From an uncultured Acidobacteriota bacterium (GTDB taxonomy: Bacteria > Acidobacteriota > Vicinamibacteria > Vicinamibacterales > CAVVIG01), in the NCBI GenBank assembly GCA_963724695.1, contig CAVRVW010000003.1, positions 557,767-621,766 on the forward strand: DNA of 64,000 nt, read 5' to 3'. Both the position numbers and the translations under genes were made by a program. Positions 11,094-19,180 of this stretch are shown here, piece after piece. The notes below the pieces were generated by a model. It was not told the origin of the DNA, did no database searches, and saw only the letters and a list, made by a program, of their open reading frames with translations. The number at the start of each line of letters is the position of its first letter. Positions within the stretch are counted from its first letter, which is position 1.

Positions 11094-11561
11094 ATGCGTA
11101 ACATTCTTCGTCTTCTTTCGGCGGCGGGCACCATCGGACTCCTGGCCTGGTCCACGACGGCGCGCGCGGCTGACCCGCAGAAATTCGGTGCCGGCGTCTC
11201 GCTCGAAACGACGACGCCGATCGCCAGCCTTGTCGAAGGGCCGGCCGCCTTCGAGGGCCGCACGGTCCGTGTCGAAGGCGTCGTGAACGCGGTTTGTACT
11301 GAAATGGGCTGCTGGATGGCGTTGACCCCGACGGCCGATGCCAAAGGACAGACCCTTCGCATCAAGGTCGACGATGGGGTCATCGTCTTCCCGGTGACGG
11401 CGAAGGGGAAGCGCGCGGTGGCCCAGGGTGTGGTTCAGCGCGTCGGCAACGATCCCGAGAACCGGGAGGCCGCTGCCGAGCACGCCAGAGCCACCGGCGC
11501 GCCGGCCGCTGACCCGCTCAGGAACTGGCAGATCAAGGCGACCGGCGCTCTGGTCTACTAG
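11094..11561 (+). CDS. DUF4920-like secreted protein
   Basis: The signal peptide MRNILRLLSAAGTIGLLAWSTTARA is followed by the motif VEGVVNAVCTEMGCWMAL. The longest ORF starts at 11007, but the internal ATG at 11094 gives the signal peptide. Confidence 0.65.
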   Translation: MRNILRLLSAAGTIGLLAWSTTARAADPQKFGAGVSLETTTPIASLVEGPAAFEGRTVRVEGVVNAVCTEMGCWMALTPTADAKGQTLRIKVDDGVIVFPVTAKGKRAVAQGVVQRVGNDPENREAAAEHARATGAPAADPLRNWQIKATGALVY

Positions 11562-11579
11562 AGCGGAAGCCCCCGGTTC

Positions 11580-12830
11580 CTAACCTGCCAGAGTGACCGC
11601 GAGGTTCGAGAAGGCGCGCGCGAAGCGGGCGAGCGACGGGACGTCGACCGCCGCGGGCCAGCGGTCGTCTCGGCTGTGGAAGAAGGGGCTGCTGCCGAGA
11701 AGCGACACGTAGCGCCCACCGCCCAGGTGGACGTTGCGCGCTTCGCCGCCGGGTGTCGTGCCAATCGGCACACGCTGCTCCACGCCCGTGCCTGCCGCGG
11801 TCATTGCCGCGACGGCCATCGCGCCGATCTCCTCGGCCGAGCATTGCAGCCGCGGCCGGCCGCCGGCGGCGCCGATGTTGGCGCCGAAGTGCATCCACGC
11901 GTGCGCCGCCTTGATGATGCCAGGACGATGCTCGATGAAGGCGTCAAGTCCCTGGTGGCCCAGTTCGTGGCCGCTCGATGCCACAAAGAGCACGGTGCGC
12001 GAGGGCTTCAGGGAAGCCACGTGCCGGATGGTCTCGAGCCAGCAGACCAGCCCGCCGCCGCGTTCGGCTGCGCACTGCCACCATCCGCTCCGCGGCGTCA
12101 TCACAATCACCGGCGCCAGTTCCGCACGCCGGCCCACGACGGTCGCGACGACGTTGACCGCCTCAGCCGGTGTCCTCGTTGCGTGAGCCACGACATGCGC
12201 GGCAACGCTCTCCGCAGCGCGAGCGTCGAGCCAGGCTCCCTGATCCGATCCGACCTGCAGTGCGGGCAACCCGTACGGCGAGGCAAACGCCACGGCGTTG
12301 CTCGGGGTCAGCCCGGGCCGCGCGCCGTCGGTGACGACGATGATGGCGCGGTACGACGTTGATCGCCGGAGGTCGGCGAGGCGCTGGCCCTCGGTCGAAA
12401 TGCCCGCCTGATCCAGGCGCACGAGGGGGAACTCCACGGCCGACCCCTCCCGGCCCAATCGGCCACGCAGGCCCGCCGCATCGGTGAAGCTTCCGTCGAA
12501 GAGGGGCAGGGCTTCGAGGCGCCGGTCGCCGCACTGGACGAATGCCTCGTGAACGTCCACCCGGCCCAGCTTGAAGGTCTCCGTCGCGGCCTGGCCGCCG
12601 GCGCCGGCTGCGAGATCCCGCAGCCACACGGCGGACCGGTTGTCCACGTCCGTGGCGGTCCGATGAATACCCTGTGCGTCGTACGCGCGAACGACGTCAG
12701 CCGCCCGCGCCTCGATACCGTCACCGGCAGTCGGCCCCTGCGCCGCGATCAGGCGGCCAAGGCCGCGGCCCGCCACCAGCCAGCCTGCCGATGCGCCGAC
12801 GGCTGCTCGAAGAAAATCAGCGCGAGTCAT
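11580..12830 (-). CDS. Exported hydrolase-like protein (M28/Zn-exopeptidase-like layout), function unknown
   Basis: Intact 416-aa ORF. The N-terminus MTRADFLRAAVGASAGWLVAG is Tat-like but lacks the twin arginine. The segment VIVMTPRSGWW..ERGGGLVCWLETIRHVASLKPSRTVLFVASSGHELGHQG resembles M28 topology. Confidence 0.4.
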   Translation of the reverse strand: MTRADFLRAAVGASAGWLVAGRGLGRLIAAQGPTAGDGIEARAADVVRAYDAQGIHRTATDVDNRSAVWLRDLAAGAGGQAATETFKLGRVDVHEAFVQCGDRRLEALPLFDGSFTDAAGLRGRLGREGSAVEFPLVRLDQAGISTEGQRLADLRRSTSYRAIIVVTDGARPGLTPSNAVAFASPYGLPALQVGSDQGAWLDARAAESVAAHVVAHATRTPAEAVNVVATVVGRRAELAPVIVMTPRSGWWQCAAERGGGLVCWLETIRHVASLKPSRTVLFVASSGHELGHQGLDAFIEHRPGIIKAAHAWMHFGANIGAAGGRPRLQCSAEEIGAMAVAAMTAAGTGVEQRVPIGTTPGGEARNVHLGGGRYVSLLGSSPFFHSRDDRWPAAVDVPSLARFARAFSNLAVTLAG

Positions 12831-12859
12831 CGTCCCCTCTCATTCACCCGGTCACCCGG

Positions 12860-13897
12860 TCAGATTCCGTCGGTCGGCGCCGCGACGAGCATCAGCCGTC
12901 CCTTCAGTCCCGAAGAAACCAGCACGGTGTTCGTGTCGGTGACGATGACGCCCTCGACACCATCCAGGCGCTCGATGAGCGCCATGCCTTTCTCTGGCCC
13001 CATCACGAACACGCCGGTCGAGAGCGCATCCGCCAGAAGCGCTCGGGCCGTCACGATGGTCACGCTTCGGCATCCGCGGGCCGGCTCGCCCAAATCCGGA
13101 TCGAGCAGATGATGGTAACGCCGGCCCCCGTCCAGGAAGAAGCGCTCGTAGTCGCCAGATGTGCTGAAGGTGCCGTCGGACAGATCCAGGGAGGCAAAGA
13201 TTGCGTCAACAGGGCCTCGGGGATCCCGGATCGCGACGCGCCAAGGACGACCGCCGCGCTGCCCGCCCACGTAGAGGTCGCCACCCGCCTGCATCATGAA
13301 GTCGTCGATCCCGCGGCTGTGGAAAATGGCGACGCCTCGGTCGACCGCATAGCCCTTGCCGATGCCACCGAGGTGCACGCGCGCACCACGCTTCTCGATG
13401 AAGGCCGTGCCCGCGCCGGCATCGATCTGCACCGTTCGGTAGTTCACGAGCGGCAGCCGCGCACGTACCGCCGCGGGGTCGGGAATGCGGTTGTCTTGAT
13501 CGTGATCGAAGCGCCAGAGGTCGGACAAGGCGCCGAACGTGATGTCGAACTTGCCATCGGTCAGGTCGCCGGCCGCACGCGCGGCCTGAAGCACCTCGAT
13601 CACTTCGGGGCTCACGGCGACCGGGGCGACACCGGCGGCCTCGTTCAACCGCTGAACGTCGCTCTTCGGCCGCCAGACGCTCATCAGCCCTTCGAGTCGG
13701 TCGAACTCCGCAAAGACCTGGTCGAAGGCCGAAACGGCGGCGGCCTCGTTCGTTGTCCAGGCAGACAGTCGCAGCTCCGAGCCCATCGTCTGTCGGGTTC
13801 GCTCGACGAGCCTGGCCGTGGGCGCCGGCGACGGCGCGTCCCGGCACGCCGCGGCCAGCAGGGCCAGAGTGAAGACGAGGGGCTTGACGGCGGTCAC
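12860..13897 (-). CDS. apbE: FAD:protein FMN transferase ApbE (lipoprotein)
   Basis: Motifs present: SDVQRLN, GGIGKGYAVD, GGDLYVGG, TSGDYERFF and HHLLDP. The likely start is GTG 13897, giving MTAVKPLVFTLALLAAAC. The longest ORF extends to 14050 and would overlap the divergent sigma gene. Confidence 0.85.
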   Translation of the reverse strand: MTAVKPLVFTLALLAAACRDAPSPAPTARLVERTRQTMGSELRLSAWTTNEAAAVSAFDQVFAEFDRLEGLMSVWRPKSDVQRLNEAAGVAPVAVSPEVIEVLQAARAAGDLTDGKFDITFGALSDLWRFDHDQDNRIPDPAAVRARLPLVNYRTVQIDAGAGTAFIEKRGARVHLGGIGKGYAVDRGVAIFHSRGIDDFMMQAGGDLYVGGQRGGRPWRVAIRDPRGPVDAIFASLDLSDGTFSTSGDYERFFLDGGRRYHHLLDPDLGEPARGCRSVTIVTARALLADALSTGVFVMGPEKGMALIERLDGVEGVIVTDTNTVLVSSGLKGRLMLVAAPTDGI

Positions 13898-13928
13898 GGC
13901 AGCGAGTCGGATGATACCCTGACGGACA

Positions 13929-14864
13929 GTGGGAGAGCCGACGACCCTCGACGAGCGAACCCTCGATCGGCTGTACGCAAAAGGCGAAGGCGAACGCTGG
14001 CAGCTGTCGAGCGCCTCGTTCCGCCGCGCGCTCGACGCGAGCGTCGCCAAGGCGTTTGCCCATGGTCAGCCGTCCGCACGAGAGGTCGAGCAGTACCTGG
14101 CCTCTCTGAACCTGGCCGACCTCGCGTTGGCGTCGGCGTGCATCGACGGCCACGACGCGGCCTGGGAGCACTTCGTGCGCGAGCACCGTCCGGCGCTCTA
14201 TCGGGCCGCCGACGCGATCGATCCGAGCGGGGGAGCCCGGTTGCTCGCCGACGCGATCTACGCTGACCTGTTCGGCCTCGCGAACAGCGACGGCGTGCGC
14301 CAGCCGCTCTTGCGGTTCTTCCACGGGCGCAGTTCCCTGAAGACGTGGCTGCGTGCCGTGCTCGCGCAGCGGCTGGTGGATGCGAAACGCGTGGAGCGCC
14401 GGATGGTGCCGTTGCCGGACGATGACGAGGTGAATCGCGCGCGCAGGCCGGATGCCCCCGGTTCGCCGGGAGCGGCGCCCGACCCGGAGCGCGAGCGATA
14501 CGTGGATCTCGTCGGGCGAGCGCTGGGCCTCGCGGTCGGCAGGCTGACCCCGCGGGATCGGCTCAGGCTGGGCTGCTACTATGCGCAGCGCTTGACGCTC
14601 GCCGAGACCGGCCGCCTGCTGCGCGAGCACGAAGCGACCGTGTCCCGGCAGCTGGCCGGGACGCGCAGGGCTCTCAGAAGGGATGTGGAAACGCAGCTGA
14701 AGCGCGATGCCGGCCTCGGCGATGCCGAGCTGGCGGACTGCCTGCGCTCGGCAGTCGAAGATGCCGGGCCGATCGACCTCGGCGAGATTCTCGAGGTGAG
14801 CAGTTCGGAGCGCGTGCGCAAGAAATCCCCGGCGGATCGTTCTGAGGAAAGAGCCACGCCATGA
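13929..14864 (+). CDS. ECF-like sigma-70 family RNA polymerase sigma factor (long form)
   Basis: Region-2-like segment: AAWEHFVREHRPALYRAA..GRSSLKTWLRAVLAQRLVD. Region-4 HTH: LTLAETGRLLREHEATVSRQLAGTRRALR. The stop overlaps the next ATG (ATGA at 14861). Confidence 0.75.
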   Translation: MGEPTTLDERTLDRLYAKGEGERWQLSSASFRRALDASVAKAFAHGQPSAREVEQYLASLNLADLALASACIDGHDAAWEHFVREHRPALYRAADAIDPSGGARLLADAIYADLFGLANSDGVRQPLLRFFHGRSSLKTWLRAVLAQRLVDAKRVERRMVPLPDDDEVNRARRPDAPGSPGAAPDPERERYVDLVGRALGLAVGRLTPRDRLRLGCYYAQRLTLAETGRLLREHEATVSRQLAGTRRALRRDVETQLKRDAGLGDAELADCLRSAVEDAGPIDLGEILEVSSSERVRKKSPADRSEERATP

Positions 14865-15889
14865 CCGACCCCTGTATCGACGCCGAAGTGCTTGCGGCCT
14901 GGATTGACGGGGCGCTCGACCAACGGGCTGCGGGGGAGGTGGAGCGCCACGCCGCCCAGTGCGCCCGGTGCCAGGCAATGCTCGCGACGTTTGTCCGGAC
15001 CGAGCTGGCGCCATCGCCGTCTCAGGCCAGGCAGGCTCCATGGTGGCAATCCTTCCAGGTTCGGTGGCTCGTGCCGGTCGCCGCGGCGGCCACGGCCGTT
15101 GCGATTCGGATTGCGGTGCCTGGGAGTCCGAGGCCGGAGGGCGAGGTGGCCAGGGCACCGTCGCCTCCCGCTGCTGGACCTCCCGCACAATCGCCCGCAG
15201 CGCCCTTGGCTGCCGCGGAGCCGTCCGGTGCGACCCCCGATGCGAACCAGCGCCAGACGGCGCCGGCGCGCAAGGAGGGGCCGGCTGGTTCGCGTCAGGA
15301 AGCGGCGCCAGGCCCGGCGCCGCAGGAGGAGCGTGCGAACACGCTGGCCGCTGCCGAGCGCCGCGCGGCCGAAGCCGCTTCCTCGACGCGCGCCGACGGG
15401 CTGAGCCGCAGCCGCGAGGCAGCCTTGAGCCCGGCATCGGCCGATGCCGCGATGGTGTTTGCTTCGCGCGACGGAACCGTGCGCTGGCGGCTTGCCGGTC
15501 CCCTCGTCGAGCGGTCGACCGATGGCGGCTCGACATGGGTCGCCGCACCTCTGGGCAGAGCGGCGGAGCAGGACGGCCGGGCAGCGGCGCCTCTGGCGAC
15601 CGCCGCCCCTGCTGCGGCCGCGCCTGCTGACGCGACTCTCGACCTTGGTCCGGCCATCGTCGCTGGCGATGCACCGACCGCTTTGGTGTGCTGGTTCGTC
15701 GGACCGCGCGGCGCTGTGTGGATCACGACTGATGGCGGTCAACAATTCCGCCGAGTCACCGTGACGGGCGAACCCGACCTTCGCACGGTGAGGGCACGCG
15801 ACGCCCGCTCGGCCGACGTGACCACCGTTGACGGCCGCACCTTCCACACTGACGACGGCGGCGCCACCTGGACGATCACTGGTCCTTAG
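14861..15889 (+). CDS. Anti-sigma factor (zf-HC2) with one TM helix and an extracytoplasmic BNR/Asp-box repeat domain
   Basis: The N-terminal motif is HAAQCARCQAML. The TM helix is WLVPVAAAATAVAIRIAV. The C-terminal repeats are TDGGSTW, TDGGQQF and DDGGATW. Confidence 0.75.
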   Translation: MTDPCIDAEVLAAWIDGALDQRAAGEVERHAAQCARCQAMLATFVRTELAPSPSQARQAPWWQSFQVRWLVPVAAAATAVAIRIAVPGSPRPEGEVARAPSPPAAGPPAQSPAAPLAAAEPSGATPDANQRQTAPARKEGPAGSRQEAAPGPAPQEERANTLAAAERRAAEAASSTRADGLSRSREAALSPASADAAMVFASRDGTVRWRLAGPLVERSTDGGSTWVAAPLGRAAEQDGRAAAPLATAAPAAAAPADATLDLGPAIVAGDAPTALVCWFVGPRGAVWITTDGGQQFRRVTVTGEPDLRTVRARDARSADVTTVDGRTFHTDDGGATWTITGP

Positions 15890-15985
15890 TGCTTGGGTCT
15901 TGGTCCTTAGGCGGTCCTTCGTCCTTGGGCGGTCCTTGGGTCCTTAGCTTGGGCGGTCCTTAGTCCTCAGGCCGACTCTTGGTCC
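15881..15985. repeat. Degenerate short tandem array with core GTCCTT (GGTCCTTRG-type units)
   Basis: Seven GTCCTT cores lie in about 100 nt. The first unit supplies the anti-sigma stop (GGTCCTTAG), and several units contain TAG. Confidence 0.85.
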
Positions 15986-16050
15986 CGATCCCCGATCCCT
16001 GTTCTCCGTTCCCCGTTCCCCGTTCCCCGTTTCCTGTTCTCCGTTCCCTG
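15986..16050. repeat. C-tract heptamer array (complement of GGGAACR units)
   Basis: Sequence: GATCCCCGATCCCTGTTCTCCGTTCCCCGTTCCCCGTTCCCCGTTTCCTGTTCTCCGTTCCCTG. It is the inverted counterpart of the array at 17651-17697. Confidence 0.85.
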
Positions 16051-16127
16051 CAAGATTTCCCACCCGGCTCCGTTCTAAGGACAAGCGCCGGCAACGAACC
16101 AGCCGGACAAGAACAGGAGCGATTCTC

Positions 16128-17651
16128 ATGACTGCACGATTCCTCACGGTTCTCGGAGGCTCAGTGATTGCGTTGGGCCTCCTCGCCGCAGGCTCCGGGC
16201 TCCAGGCTTCCGGCTCCGGGGGCCTCAGGCCCGGAGCCCCTGAAGCCGGAAGTCCGAAGCCCGGAGTCGGCGAACAAGCCCAGGACGGCGGGCAGACGAC
16301 CATCGACGATCAAGTGGGTCTCGCGCTGACGGTCTACAACTCGGACATCGCGCTCGTCCGCGACGTCCGCACCCTTCGGATCCCGCGCGGCACGTTCGAC
16401 TTGCGATTCATGGACATCGCGGCCACGGTCAACCCGGCGACCGTGCACTTCCGATCCCTGACCGAGCCGGCGCGCCTCGGTGTGCTCGAACAGAACTATG
16501 AGTACGACCTGCTCGATCCCGAAAAGCTGTTGCGCAAGTATGTCGGCCGCGACGTGACACTCGTGCGGACGCTGCAGCAGAACGGCGCCACGCGCGAAGA
16601 GGCGGTCACGGCGCGGCTCCTCAGCTACAACACGCAGCCGGTGTGGCAGATCAACGGCGAGATCGTCACCGGGTATCGCGCCGACCACATCCGCTTTCCG
16701 TCGCTGCCGGGCAACCTCTACTCGACCCCAACCCTCATCTGGACGCTCGACAACACGGGCGCCTCCGATCATCGCGTCGAGGCGACCTATCTTGCCGGGA
16801 GCCTGAAGTGGAACGCGGACTACGTGCTGACGGTCGGCCGCGACGACAAGGCGGCGGATCTCGACGGCTGGGTGACGCTCGTCAACGGCAGCGGCACCTC
16901 GTTCAGGAACGCGTCGCTGCAGCTCGTCGCCGGCGACCTGAACCGGGTCCGCCAGGCCATGAACCGTGTGCTCGAAGAGGATGGGCGGCGCGAGCGCGTG
17001 GCGGCCGCCGCACCGCTGATGAGCGAGGAGAGCTTCTCCGACTACCACCTCTACACCATGGGCCGGCCGACGACCATCAACAACAGCGAGACCAAGCAGG
17101 TGAGCCTGCTCGAAGGGACCGGCGTGCCCGTGCTCAAGCGCTATGTCGTCAACGGACAGGCGTTCTACTACCGGAACGCGCGCAACCCGGGGGCGCCGCT
17201 GAAGGACGACGTGCAGGTGCTGTATCAGTTCAAGAACGAGGCGAAGGCCGGGCTCGGGATGCCAATGCCGGCCGGCGTGGTCCGGGTGTATCAGGCCGAC
17301 TCCAAGAGCAGCCTGCAGTTTGTCGGCGAAGACCGGATCGTGCATACGCCGAAGGATGAGGTCCTCAACGTCAAGATCGGCCACGCCTTCGACGTCGTGA
17401 GCGAGCGCAGGCAGACCGATTTCCAGAAGATCGCCTCGAACGTCTACGAGATGGAGTTCGAGATCGTGATCAGGAACCACAAGGCGACGCCGGTGACTGT
17501 CGAAGTGAACGAGCCGCTCGGCGGCACGTGGACCATGCTGAGAAGCTCGTACGCGTGGACCAAGACCGACGCCTGGGCGGCGCAGTTCATGGTGCCGGTG
17601 GCGGTCGACGGCACGTCGACGCTGCGATACCGGGTGCGGGTGACGTACTAA
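16128..17651 (+). CDS. DUF4139 domain-containing secreted protein (MuiA-like family)
   Basis: ATG follows ACAGGAG. The signal peptide is followed by LALTVYNSDIALVRDVRTLRIPRGTFDLRFMDIAATVNPATVHF and later WNADYVLTV...DGWVTLVNGSGTSF, which is typical of DUF4139. Confidence 0.8.
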   Translation: MTARFLTVLGGSVIALGLLAAGSGLQASGSGGLRPGAPEAGSPKPGVGEQAQDGGQTTIDDQVGLALTVYNSDIALVRDVRTLRIPRGTFDLRFMDIAATVNPATVHFRSLTEPARLGVLEQNYEYDLLDPEKLLRKYVGRDVTLVRTLQQNGATREEAVTARLLSYNTQPVWQINGEIVTGYRADHIRFPSLPGNLYSTPTLIWTLDNTGASDHRVEATYLAGSLKWNADYVLTVGRDDKAADLDGWVTLVNGSGTSFRNASLQLVAGDLNRVRQAMNRVLEEDGRRERVAAAAPLMSEESFSDYHLYTMGRPTTINNSETKQVSLLEGTGVPVLKRYVVNGQAFYYRNARNPGAPLKDDVQVLYQFKNEAKAGLGMPMPAGVVRVYQADSKSSLQFVGEDRIVHTPKDEVLNVKIGHAFDVVSERRQTDFQKIASNVYEMEFEIVIRNHKATPVTVEVNEPLGGTWTMLRSSYAWTKTDAWAAQFMVPVAVDGTSTLRYRVRVTY

Positions 17652-17697
17652 CAGGGAACAGGGAGCAGGGAACAGGGAACGGGGAACAGGGAACGGA
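17651..17697. repeat. G-tract heptamer array (GGGAACR)n, G-quadruplex-capable on the + strand
   Basis: Sequence: CAGGGAACAGGGAGCAGGGAACAGGGAACGGGGAACAGGGAACGGAG. Six G3-4 tracts are separated by 3-4 nt loops. The array starts at the last base of the DUF4139 stop codon. Confidence 0.85.
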
Positions 17698-17948
17698 GAA
17701 GCCGCCTCCGCGCGAAGCGCTTCGGCGAGCCTGGCCCAAGCTGGCGTGGGAGGTGTGAGCGAGCGAAGGCCGGGGGCGTGCCGTGCAGTTTCTGCACGGC
17801 GCGTCTCGCCGTACGTCACCCCAGCCGTATCCACGGCGGCCTGCCAGAGGTAATGTTCACAGAGAGTTGCTCGGCACTGACCGGTCTGGTCCGGCACGTG
17901 TCTTGCCCTGCGATTGGTCATCTCATGCTTGCCACGAAAGGGGAGCCC

Positions 17949-18515
17949 ATGTTCGAGCTGACCCTGTTCGACCACCTGCGTATGACCTTCGGGCACGTCG
18001 TCTATCGGCACCTGGCGCACGTGCGGTTGAGCGCCTCGAGGGCGAGGGCCAGCCGGTGGCTGCGCGCCGGGGAAGCCGTGCTGATGACGGGGGTGGTGGT
18101 GAGCGCTTCCGGGGCGGCCTTCACCGCCAGTCGCGCCTACGCGATCACCGCTGCGGTGCTCGCCGGGCTCGCGCTCGTCGTCCTGCTCGTGCGCCTCACC
18201 TTCGATCTCGAACGGTCGGCGCAAGTGCACGCGGTGTGCGCGGCAAAGCTCTGGCACATCCGCGAGCAATACCGCGCGGTGCTTGCCGACATGGTGGACG
18301 GCGCCATCGATGTCGACACGGCCCGGCGACAGCGCGATCGGCTGATGGAAGAGCTCCACGACACCTACGAGGCTGCACCCGCGCCAGACCCCCAGGCGTT
18401 CGAACGGGCCGGGCTGTCCGCGGGAGCGGCGACCAACGACGCCGCGCTGCCGGACGAGGCGATCGACGTGTTCCTGCCGGCGTCGCTTCAGAAGACCCGC
18501 CGCCCGGCGGCGTAG
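17949..18515 (+). CDS. Small 2TM protein, SLATT-domain-like (tentative)
   Basis: ATG 17949 follows AAAGGGGAG, giving a 188-aa protein. An N-terminal helix (LTFGHVVYRHLAHVRL) is followed by two hydrophobic helices (AVLMTGVVVSASGAAF and ITAAVLAGLALVVLLVRLTF). A helical tail follows (AKLWHIREQYRAVLADMVDGAIDVDTARRQRDRLMEELHDTYE). The family assignment is from memory of SLATT sequences, not from a search. Confidence 0.5.
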   Translation: MFELTLFDHLRMTFGHVVYRHLAHVRLSASRARASRWLRAGEAVLMTGVVVSASGAAFTASRAYAITAAVLAGLALVVLLVRLTFDLERSAQVHAVCAAKLWHIREQYRAVLADMVDGAIDVDTARRQRDRLMEELHDTYEAAPAPDPQAFERAGLSAGAATNDAALPDEAIDVFLPASLQKTRRPAA

Positions 18516-18634
18516 CGCGGGCCCGCCCTGAGCGGTCTCGAAGGGCCTGCCCTGAGCCAGGCTGAAGGAGCCAGAACGGCGTCGAAGGGGCCGACTTGAC
18601 CTTCTGTGCGGGCGCCGGGAATAATCGGCGCCAC

Positions 18635-19180
18635 ATGCGAAAACTTGCCGTGGCGCTGGGCCTGGCGTGCGCCGCCGGTGCGGGGCTGGCCGCGCAGGTC
18701 GCGCCGCGGACCTACACCAACCCCAAGCCGGACGACCATCTGAAGAAGCTGTTCCCGAACGCGGCGGCCTTTTCGACGCTGTCCGGCCAGCCGCTTCACT
18801 TCACGGTGTTCGGCGTAGACCCCAAGGTCAATCCTGCTGCGCCGCCGATCGGGTACGTGTTCTGGACGACCGACGTCGTTCCCAAGGAACAGGCGTACCA
18901 CGGGCCCATCCACCTGCTCGTCGGCATGGACCTCACGGGCATCCTGACGGGCGTCGTCGTGGACTACCACGCCGAACCGTACGGTTACTTTTCGGTGCAG
19001 CCGCAGGAGTTTGCGGATCAGTTCAAGGGCAAGAGCATTCGCGACCCGTTCCGCGTCGGCGAGGACATCGATGCCGTGTCGCGTGCGACGATCAGTATCA
19101 CGAGCGGCGCCCGTGCCGTGCGTGACAGCGCGCGCGCGATGGCGCGTCAGTTCCTCTCCCCGGACGCGGTGAAGAAGTGA
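18635..19180 (+). CDS. Periplasmic FMN-binding domain protein (NosR/RnfG/NqrC-type)
   Basis: The signal peptide is MRKLAVALGLACAAGAGLAAQ. The flavinylation-type motif is DIDAVSRATISITSGA. The stop overlaps the next gene's GTG (GTGA at 19177). Confidence 0.75.
   Translation: MRKLAVALGLACAAGAGLAAQVAPRTYTNPKPDDHLKKLFPNAAAFSTLSGQPLHFTVFGVDPKVNPAAPPIGYVFWTTDVVPKEQAYHGPIHLLVGMDLTGILTGVVVDYHAEPYGYFSVQPQEFADQFKGKSIRDPFRVGEDIDAVSRATISITSGARAVRDSARAMARQFLSPDAVKK

Noticed and set aside
13206-15674. Very long antisense ORFs: 822 aa here, plus 16161-18359 (732 aa), 31737-34616 (959 aa), 7885-10071 (728 aa), 34707-36635 (642 aa) and 39595-41592 (665 aa).
   Set aside because: All are Arg/Pro/Gly/Ala-rich low-complexity translations with no recognisable motifs. 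Each lies opposite genes with clear family signatures. Long stop-free antisense frames are expected in DNA this GC-rich.
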